A stretch of 9,102 nt of DNA from Octopus sinensis (GCF_006345805.1 NW_021828033.1:1-9102), one strand, 5' to 3'; counted from the stretch's first letter, positions 1 through 7,632 are shown. Made by a program: numbers and translations. Notes: a model not told the origin generated them from the letters alone.

Positions 1-2
1 TG

Positions 3-410
3 CCACTGATTTGGGTGTCGCACCGGAAGTCCGGTAACATCAGACAACAGTTGGGCGTCAATTAGCAAGTGAGTTACTATTGAGGAACAGCCTCGTCGTC
101 GACCCATGCTTGCTGCGCACTTGTACACCATTTGGTACTTGGCATGGAGGCAGTCTGGTGGGGATGATGCCAACCGTGTTACCATCCAAAGCGTTTTCTT
201 CAGAGAAGTGAGATGATTTCTACACAGAACGGTCAACGTCGACCTACGAAGGACAGCCGACGCCGATGCCGACGACGTAGTGTCATAACTGACATTGCTA
301 AACTGTCGAACCGAAACGACATTCCTTTCGGCATAACATTCTTTTGAACGGAATAACAGAATGGTTTTGGTCACAAGGAAAAGCGTTGGAATGCCATTGG
401 TCACAGATGG
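3..410 (-). CDS. Candidate coding exon (partial, runs off the window), product unknown
   Basis: Manual translation gives 136 stop-free codons after the TGA at 413-411: PSVTNGIPTLFLVTKTILLFRSKECYAERNVVSVRQFSNVSYDTTSSASASAVLRRSTLTVLCRNHLTSLKKTLWMVTRLASSPPDCLHAKYQMVYKCAASMGRRRGCSSIVTHLLIDAQLLSDVTGLPVRHPNQW. The sequence is non-repetitive and more GC-rich than the rest of the window. Possible acceptor AGs at 342-341, 304-303 and 221-220. No recognisable domain. Not in the ORF track, probably because it has no stop inside the window. Confidence 0.3.
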
Positions 411-441
411 TCACTATCAGGGAAGATATGCGATTAAGCAG

Positions 442-471
442 CACACCACCATCACCACTAAAACCACTAAA

Positions 472-502
<31 letters not shown>

Positions 503-646
503 TTCTTTTCTGCTTCATCACCGTATCATTGTCCTACACTCCTTCCTCTTCCTCTGTTTTGCTACCTCCTCTTCTTCTTCCTCCTCCCCCTCCTCCCCCT
601 CCACTTCTTTAACTCCTCCTCCTCCTCCTCCTCTCCTCATCGTCAT
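442..646. repeat. Compound trinucleotide low-complexity tract (CAC/CAT/CTT/CCT)n
   Basis: Runs of caccac, catcatcat, cttctt and cctcctcct read directly. Explains ORFs 344..664 and 361..612 and the C-terminus of 518..781. Confidence 0.95.
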
Positions 647-1016
647 CCCAGTAGAAAGGTATAATAATACGGGTCTTTCTCGGAATGCTTGGGGTGTACT
701 TAGACAATACCGCACACGCTTAAGACAAATTAATTCTTGGATGTCTGTATATTTGGCAGGTTCTAACTCGTTTGGTGTCACTTTGCCGGACGAAGGATAT
801 GATCAGGGATTAAGAAATAAAACCCCCTTTGTTGACAATAAATGCCTCCAAGGTTTGGCGCCAGTTTTTGAGACGGTAATTAGAGAGAGAACCACGTAGG
901 GCACAGAAAATAATAAATCCAATTTATGATTCACTTGGAAACCTTGTAATGTTAATGATAGAGATAATATGTCACACTATCGCATCGGTTGTACTCTATT
1001 ATATAACGTTAGTAAT

Positions 1017-1312
1017 GGCGTGAAAACGCGTAGCTTAGGGATAAAGGCGTTTGCCTTACGACTGTGAGGTCATGATTTCGATTCCTGGTGGCACATAGTG
1101 GCTTTGAGCAACTCATTTTATTTCACGTTGCTTCAGTTCCCTCAGCTGGCAAAATGAGTAGCAACTGTAATCCAAAGGATCAGTACTGTCACATTTTGTG
1201 TCACGCTGAACCTATCTGGCAAGTTAAGGCTACGTGTATCTGAGGAATACTCAGCCACTTGCACGTTAATCGGATAAAATGAAACCACAGGTCATCGTAA
1301 CCGACGCAGTGC
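1017..1312 (+). mobile_element. tRNA-derived SINE (family 1, diverged copy with a CORE-like central block)
   Basis: Pol III A-box-like TAGCTTAGGGA (1031-1041) and B-box-like ATTTCGATTCC (1075-1085). These are followed by ctttgagcaactcattttatttcacgttgcttcagttccctcagctggcaaaatgag, which resembles the CORE-SINE block (cf. MIR ccttgggcaag...cctcagtttcctcatctgtaaaatgg). The 3' boundary is approximate. Confidence 0.75.
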
Positions 1313-1392
1313 TACTAGTTGCATAATGTAGAAATCGGAATCTTCATATAAACTTGAGATGCTCACAAAAACATAAAAATGTGTATACGAGG

Positions 1393-1514
1393 ACCCCATG
1401 GTTCCCGGTTCAGTCCCATTGCGTGGCACCTTGGGCAAGCGTCTTTTCTATAGCCTCAGGCCGACCAAAGCCTTGTGAGTGGATTTGGTAGACGGAAACT
1501 GAAAGAAACCCGTC

Positions 1515-1601
<87 letters not shown>

Positions 1602-1810
1602 ATATAGATATATATGTTGTGTTTATGTATGTATATATTTGTGTGTCTGTGTTTGTCCCCCACGATCGCTTGACACACCGATGTTGGTGTATTTACGTAC
1701 CCTAACTTAGCGGTTCGGCTAAAGAGCCCGATAGAATAAGTACTAGGCTTACAAAGAATAAGTCCTGGGGTCGATTCGTTCGACTAAAGGCGGTGCTCCA
1801 GCATGTCCGC
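1393..1810 (+). mobile_element. tRNA-derived SINE (family 2), truncated at both ends, with an internal microsatellite
   Basis: B box GGTTCAGTCCC at 1407-1417, then CCTTGGGCAAG. Aligns by eye with the reverse complement of 7155-7480 at about 90% (1397-1515) and about 85% (1651-1810). Lacks the A-box head and the 3' stem-loop/tail seen in the other copy. Confidence 0.9.
1516..1650. repeat. (TA)n(TG)n compound microsatellite inside the SINE
   Basis: (TA)n 1516-1557, (TG)n 1565-1597, then degenerate TA/TG. Confidence 0.97.
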
Positions 1811-1811
1811 T

Positions 1812-1814
<3 letters not shown>

Positions 1815-1848
<34 letters not shown>
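1815..1848. repeat. (AT)n microsatellite
   Basis: Pure AT dinucleotide run between the SINE remnant and the Tc1 element. Confidence 0.97.
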
Positions 1849-1854
<6 letters not shown>

Positions 1855-1862
1855 ATAATTTA

Positions 1863-2942
1863 CAGGAGTTGGAAAAATAAGGGAAACACCTAGCATCATA
1901 ATTTGAAATATCTATAAACCGCCCAAAGCTTGTTTGTGTTTATGTTCTTTTTTTTATTTATTATTAGTGTTGCTTAATATGTTTAGCTAAAATTGATGTT
2001 TCTTTTCAGATATCATCAGAAAAAGTTAATTAAAATTCATTAAAATGACAGATCTATCGGACTGTTGGTGCTCGTATGGTGGTGCGCTAACCTAACGAAA
2101 ACAGCCGAAATGCTTGGTGTATCAAGAACTACTGTCTCGGAAGTAATGACAGCCTTTGAAAAAGAGGGAAATACCTACTCGTCAAAACAAAATTCTGGAA
2201 GAAAGCCAAAACTTTCAGATAGGGACCGTCGGATTCTTACGCGAATTGTTAGAATGGATCACAAAAGTACATCCCCAAAATTACTGCAGAGCTTAATGAC
2301 CATCTCGAGAACCCAGTTTCCACAAAACCTACAGAATTGGTCCCTAGAGCAGCGGAAGAATGTTATTTTCTCGGACGAGTCATCCTTTACCTTCTTCCAA
2401 CTGTTAAACATGGAGGAGGATCTGTAATGATCTAGGGGTGGGGGGCTGTATCTTGGAAATCCGCCGGCCCAATGGTTTCCCTTCATGGCAGAATTAATAG
2501 TCAAGACTATTTAAGCATTTTATCTGATCAAATTGATCCTATGTTTGCGGAACTGTCTCCGGAGGGAAAAGCAATCTTTCATGATGATAATACAGCAATT
2601 CACACAGCTAAAGTTGTTAATGAATGGTATGAGGAACATTCTAGCGAAGTTGAAGATCTTATCTGTCCACCACAATCCCTAGATCTCAGTATTACTGAAT
2701 AGTTATGGCGCATTTTAGAAAATCAAGTAAGGAGTCGATATCCTCCACCATCATCACTACAATAACTGGAGACTGTTTCAGCTGAAGAATGGACAAACAT
2801 TCCTTTGGAAACAATTCAAACTTTGTACGAGTCCATACCTCGTAGAATTCAAACTGTAATTACTAGCAAAGCAGTCCTACCCCTTAATGAAATAAATTTG
2901 TTTGAAACGTTAAGGTGTTTCCATTATTTTGTCCAACCCCTG
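1863..2942 (+). mobile_element. Tc1/mariner DNA transposon, both ends intact but internally deleted and inactive; DD36E (Incomer-like)
   Basis: Left TIR CAGGAGTTGGA-AAAATAAGGGAAACACCT (1863-1891) versus the reverse complement of the right TIR CAGGGGTTGGACAAAATAATGGAAACACCT (2942-2913): 2 mismatches and 1 indel. TA target-site duplication at 1861-1862 and 2943-2944. Contains transposase remnants and AATAAA at 2891-2896. Confidence 0.96.
2045..2890 (+). pseudogene. Tc1-superfamily transposase pseudogene
   Basis: Starts MTDLSD at ATG 2045. Contains the HTH region (KTAEMLGVSRTTVSEV), the GRKP linker, VIFSDES (first D, 2374-2376), PTVKHGGGSVMI*G, FHDDN (second D, 2586-2588), PPQSLDLSITE (E, 2697-2699) and the C-terminal EEWTNIPLETIQTLYESIPRRI. 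Disrupted by frameshifts (~2063-2090, ~2280, ~2870), in-frame stops (~2432, 2700, ~2764) and apparent deletions (~2063, ~2327, ~2393). Confidence 0.95.
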
Positions 2943-2960
2943 TATACATACATACATACA

Positions 2961-2996
<36 letters not shown>

Positions 2997-3026
2997 TGTA
3001 TATTTGTATACACACACATACACATG

Positions 3027-3062
<36 letters not shown>
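2943..3062. repeat. (TACA)n / (TA)n / (CA)n compound microsatellite
   Basis: Starts at the right TA duplication of the transposon. Explains the YIHT/THTH/CVCV ORFs. Confidence 0.97.
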
Positions 3063-3598
3063 TATACACGTTTGTATATGCTTGGTTAGCTGTATATACA
3101 TATATGGATGAAATAGATAGTATACATTTCGTGAAGGTCAGGAATCTCGCCACACAACTTCATAAACGTAAGCATAAAATATATTTATAGATGAATAAAA
3201 ACATAAAAAGAAAAACAAAACGAAAGACGTCGTAACTAAACCAAATCCACTTTAATTCGGGTTAAGGCCAAAATGCAATTTCCATTATATTACCAACCAC
3301 AAACAGTTCTTTTATTCTGTGCAATTTCAAGGGTATCTATCACTCGGAAAATGCGAATCCATATTCATAATTACGCTTGCTGACCCAGTAGAGTAGGTCG
3401 CTTGTCATTTATTAACCAGTTGTCTCTTTACATACAAGTAAAAGTTGACGACTCTCTTGTTAGAGGGACATTGTTTTTCATCACCTGATAAAAGGAATTG
3501 GTTAAATCTCAGTCGTGATTCGTCATAATGAAATTTACGATGCTCACTTCTTCTGTTGTCTCTCATTGTGCTTTCTGTTGCTTTTCGAACACCTAGTA

Positions 3599-3633
3599 CT
3601 CTCTCTCTCTCTCTCTCTTTCTCTTTCTCTCTC
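3599..3633. repeat. (CT)n polypyrimidine microsatellite
   Basis: ctctct... with two ttt interruptions, ending in AG. Confidence 0.95.
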
Positions 3634-3779
3634 AGAAAAGCGTCACAGTTGGAACCTATGTAAAGCGGGAGCGGGTGGGGGGGAATAACCCCCCCCCCAT
3701 CCCGTCTGAAACACCACCTAGTCGAAATCACGTGATTGGTAGTCCGACCAGTGGATGTAGTGGTGAATGTCTGATATAT

Positions 3780-3861
3780 AATAACAACAACAACAGCAAC
3801 AACAACAACAACAACAACAATAACAATAATATTAACAACAACAACAACGACGACGATGATG

Positions 3862-3928
<67 letters not shown>

Positions 3929-3953
3929 TAATAATAATAAATATAATAATAAT
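3780..3953. repeat. (AAC)n/(GAT)n/(AAT)n trinucleotide array
   Basis: Read directly. Explains the poly-N ORF 3675..4046. Confidence 0.97.
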
Positions 3954-4090
3954 CTATGGATGGAATTTATAAATATTTTGATGTATCACTACGCGGGTTT
4001 CCACAAATCATATGTTTTTTCTAGTGGTTTGTGGAAACGTGCGTAGCGGTACTTTAAAATATTCATAAATTCCCTCCTTCGATTATTATT
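3945..4090. repeat. Long imperfect inverted repeat (66-bp arms, 14-nt spacer)
   Basis: Left 3958-4010 GGATGGAATTTATAAATATTTTGATGTATCACTACGCGGGTTTCCACAAATCA versus the reverse complement of right 4025-4077 GGAGGGAATTTATGAATATTTTAAAGTACCGCTACGCACGTTTCCACAAACCA: 44/53 identical with no gaps. Extends outward through AATAATAATC (3945-3954) / GATTATTATT (4081-4090). Confidence 0.93.
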
Positions 4091-4168
4091 GTTGTTGTTG
4101 TTGTTGTTGTTGTTATTATTATTATTATTATTGCTTTATTATTATTATTATTATCATCATCATCATCA

Positions 4169-4222
<54 letters not shown>

Positions 4223-4374
4223 TATTATTATTATTATTATCATCATCATTATTATTATTATTATGATTATTATTGTCATCATCATTATTATTATTATTAT
4301 TATTATTATCATCATTATTATTATTATTATTATCATCATCATCTTATATTATTATTATTGGATCATTATTATTA

Positions 4375-4434
<60 letters not shown>

Positions 4435-4511
4435 CATTATTATTATTATTATCTTCATCATCATTATTATTATTATTATTATTATTGTCATTATTATTAT
4501 TATTATTATTA

Positions 4512-4542
<31 letters not shown>

Positions 4543-4566
4543 GTCTTATTATTATTATTATTATTG

Positions 4567-4622
<56 letters not shown>

Positions 4623-4657
4623 TTATTATTATTATTATTATCATTATTTTATTATTA
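4082..4657. repeat. ~575-bp (GTT)n/(ATT)n/(ATC)n trinucleotide array
   Basis: Read directly. Explains the poly-L/I/Y ORFs 4089..4805, 4273..4734 and 4358..4741. Confidence 0.98.
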
Positions 4658-4664
4658 TATTTAT

Positions 4665-4759
4665 CCTGTTTTATATCAGCACAACTCGGTACGATCCTAC
4701 AAAACTGCTGTTTGGATGTTGGAATCACCACTAGGTCGTAACCGATATAATAAAACAGG
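4665..4759. repeat. Bipartite imperfect inverted repeat
   Basis: CCTGTTTTATATC (4665-4677) plus TCGGTACGATCCTA (4686-4699) match the reverse complement of 4732-4759 (CCTGTTTTATTATATCGGTTACGACCTA), with an 8-nt insert and small indels. Confidence 0.65.
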
Positions 4760-4808
4760 TGCTTTTATATGCGTACTCAGAAACGTTTCCCGTAAACAAA
4801 CTTAAAGG

Positions 4809-4890
4809 ATATATATACATATATATATATATGTATATACACATATATGTGCGCGTGTGTGTGTGTATATGCATATATGTACGTACGTAC
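4809..4890. repeat. (TA)n/(TG)n/(GTAC)n compound microsatellite
   Basis: Read directly. Confidence 0.9.
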
Positions 4891-5532
4891 GACATTACAT
4901 ATCTGCTTTAGTATTTTCGTAGAGTATCATGACTATACCCAGTACATAATATCTATAAATACTTGTAATTAGAAAAACAGAGTATGACCACTGATTCACT
5001 TTCATGGTTGATGCAGAGCCAAACAACACCGGCAACATACTTTCATGAATTTAGATGAGTCTGCGCGCGCGCGTGGCTGTATAAATACACATATAACCTG
5101 AATTCATCTCAAACTGGAATATTTTTTCCAAATCGATAATCGATACATTCGACTGCTGGTTGATCCGCTCACTTGATCCCCTTCTCCATTTATGTTCACT
5201 TGAACCCAAGCTCAACTTTACTTGAACTTCTTCCTCAAGCTGCACAGCATACCAGACCTTCGCTAACTGGAACTCATTAGGATTTGCGATAATACAGATT
5301 TATGAAAGATAACCAAGACACTGATTTCCATGGTGTAGGCTAATTAAATCTGATCTAGATATTGATATTTATCAATCAGATTTATAAAATCAGGTGGAAA
5401 CATTGTAATTGTTTTAGTGCGGATAGTTTAGATTTGTTTTTGACAACGCTGTTTCTTTTTCGTTAACGATTTACGTACTTCAGTTCGGATTCAATCGAAG
5501 TAAACTCAAAATTTATTTATTCTACGATGAAA

Positions 5533-5573
5533 AATATTACCACTTCGTAATAATATTACCACTTCGTAATAAT
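5533..5573. repeat. Exact 19-bp tandem duplication
   Basis: AATATTACCACTTCGTAAT at 5533-5551 and 5552-5570, followed by AAT. Confidence 0.95.
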
Positions 5574-5645
5574 TCTTATTGTTTACTACTTTAACAGATA
5601 AATTAATAATAAATAGCTAGCCAGACAAATAGATCAATGGTGATG

Positions 5646-5685
5646 TAGATAGCTAGCTCGATGGATTGATAGATAAATAGATAGG

Positions 5686-5737
<52 letters not shown>

Positions 5738-5893
5738 CAGACAGATAGATAGGTAGGTAGCTAGTAAGCTAGTTAGCTAGATAGATGGGTAGGTAGATAG
5801 CTAGCTTGATAAATGGATAGATAGATAGTTAGGTAGTATATGTATATATATATATATATTATATATATATATATATATACAGAGAGAGAGAAG

Positions 5894-5943
<50 letters not shown>

Positions 5944-5960
5944 TTAAACAGACAGGTAGT

Positions 5961-6020
<60 letters not shown>

Positions 6021-6050
6021 CAGATAGATAGATAGATAGATAGATAGATT

Positions 6051-6085
<35 letters not shown>
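5646..6085. repeat. (GATA)n array with (TA)n and (GA)n inserts
   Basis: Read directly. Explains ORF 5859..6125 (IYLS repeats). Confidence 0.97.
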
Positions 6086-6362
6086 CTATGACGACAGGGT
6101 ATTCAATGAAGCATGAAATTCCCATTTCGTGCTATAGTCATTAAACACTAAGCATGGTGGGTATGGTTTATTAGTTGTCATGTCAATAAACAAGACAGGA
6201 TGACGACATGGCATGACAGGGGACAGTTTAGACAACCTGTAGACTGTATATTTCACACGGACCTTACTGCTAACGTACCTTGGTCCCTGTGTTATATAAG
6301 AACAGCATAACGAAGCCTCGCTTATACACAACTTTCAGCCCATCACATACTTTTAGTATTTA

Positions 6363-6668
6363 CTAGCAGTATCGCCCGGCGTTGCTCGGGTTTGTAAGGG
6401 AAATAACTATACAACCATTTTTAGAGAGTTACTTCCATTATATAACCCGAGCAAAAATCATTAAAAATGCGGAAAAATTATGGTAATTTTTTTTTAAATC
6501 GTAGACTCATTGTAGACGCGCGCTAATACCCAGAAGGGCTCGATATGAATGAGGACTATAAGATACCCGCTTTTGGTTAAACTGCACCGCAAAATGTGGG
6601 GGTAGTTAGGAATCTAAATCGCAGGAGACAGAGTCTCACACACAAAACTTCAATTTTATATATAAAGA
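6363..6668 (-). mobile_element. Non-autonomous Helitron (306 bp)
   Basis: On the minus strand it starts A|TC (TCTTTATATATAAAA, 6668 downward) and ends CTAG|T (6366-6363), consistent with insertion into AT without a TSD. The GC-rich 16-nt hairpin CCCGAGCAACGCCGGG (6390-6375) ends 8 nt before the CTAG. These are the canonical Helitron termini. Confidence 0.85.
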
Positions 6669-6826
6669 TTATACTTAAGTTGGTGCTAATATGGTCAATG
6701 GTTGAGTTATAGTGAGGAGAGAAAAGACCATAAAATTGAATTAGTAATTTTGATTAAGAAAGGTAATTAAAATTAATGGAAATTGAATATGTGAATCTAA
6801 GCATGGAATGAGTCACGGTTTTTCAC

Positions 6827-6887
6827 GTGTGTGTGTCAGTGTGTGTAAGTGTGTGTGTCAGTGTGTGTGTGTGTGTTTGTGTGTGTT

Positions 6888-6981
<94 letters not shown>

Positions 6982-6986
6982 CGTGT
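6827..6986. repeat. (TG)n microsatellite, ~160 bp with interruptions
   Basis: Read directly. Explains the CVCV/THTH ORFs at 6808-7089. Confidence 0.98.
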
Positions 6987-7110
6987 ACTTTTGTTGTTGT
7001 TAATAAAGCAACCGTTGGTTTCATGTCGAGAGAATTCTCAGCCATTATTAGGCCTGCCACCTGAGACGTTGGTACTTGTCTCAATATAGTGTATATATAT
7101 GTATATGTAT

Positions 7111-7519
7111 ACTCTTTACTCTTTACTCTTTTTACTTGTTTCAGTCATTTGACTGCGGCCATGCTGGAGCACCACCTTTAGTCGAGCATCTCAACCCCGG
7201 GACTTATTCTTTGTAAGTCCAGTACTTATTCTATCGGTCTCTTTTGCCGAACCGCTAAGTGACGGGGACATAAACACACCAGTATCGGTTGTCAAGCAAT
7301 GCTAGGGGTACAAACACAAACACACAAACACACACGCACATACATATATATACATATATGCGACGGGCTTCTTTCAGTTTCCGTCTACCAAATCCACTCA
7401 CAAGGCTTTGGTCGACCCGAGGCTATAGTAGAAGACACTTGCCCAAGGTGCCACGCAGGGGGACTGAACCCGGAACCATGTGGTTGGTTAGCAAGCTACT
7501 TACCACACAGCCACTCCTG
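7111..7519 (-). mobile_element. tRNA-derived SINE (family 2), near full length
   Basis: Minus strand reads CAGGAG, A box TGGCTGTGTGG, B box GGTTCAGTCCC, CCTTGGGCAAG block, a short internal (TA/TG) tract (7316-7360), a 3' region ending in the stem-loop CAGTCA-AA-TGACTG (7155-7142) and a short tandem tail (AAAGAGT)3 (7131-7111). Homologous to 1393-1810. Confidence 0.93.
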
Positions 7520-7632
7520 TATGTCACTATAAAGTTTATTTCAAGATTTCTTGCCAATAGAGAAGGAACCGGTTTCTAACCTAGAACCAAGGTTTCTTCA
7601 TTGGGATTTCAACATCAACAACATGGTATTTT

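Noticed and set aside
344-664. 106-aa and 83-aa + strand ORFs rich in P/S/T/L
   Set aside because: Mostly translated CAC/CAT/CCT microsatellite.
1031-1085. A/B boxes as a tRNA gene (also 7455-7515)
   Set aside because: No complete cloverleaf or acceptor stem, and each continues into SINE body sequence.
1240-1290. CTGAGGA...GAAA as a hammerhead ribozyme core
   Set aside because: No stem II or stem III pairing flanks the motifs, and the segment lies inside the SINE body.
2065-2427. 120-aa transposase ORF as a possible DNA-binding-only repressor protein
   Set aside because: The true ATG (2045) is out of frame and stops after 16 codons. The first in-frame ATG (2110) lies inside the first HTH. 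The ORF is an accidental chimera of a frameshift and a deletion.
2884-3190. ORFs with YIHT/THTH/CVCV repeats, including those at 1448-1899, 5859-6125, 6808-7089, 7289-7579 and 8425-8804
   Set aside because: They are di- or tetranucleotide microsatellite and SINE translations.
4761-4801. Weak similarity of the reverse complement (GTTTGT...GGAAACGT...GTAC) to the right arm of the 3958-4077 foldback
   Set aside because: Needs a 5-nt gap and gives only short matches in AT-rich DNA. Not significant without an alignment statistic.
4089-4805. 238-aa ORF and the overlapping 153-aa and 127-aa ORFs
   Set aside because: These are translations of the (ATT)n/(GTT)n array (poly-L/I/Y). They lack stops only because of the repeat phase.
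7106-7522. TGTAT at 7106-7110 and 7518-7522 as the SINE target-site duplication
   Set aside because: Only 5 nt, in TA/TG low-complexity context, and it may overlap the element's own first bases. Not distinguishable from chance.
7525-7632. Possible additional interspersed repeat fragment (AACCGGTT palindrome at 7567-7574)
   Set aside because: No termini, TSD or second copy in the window, so it cannot be supported without a genome search.
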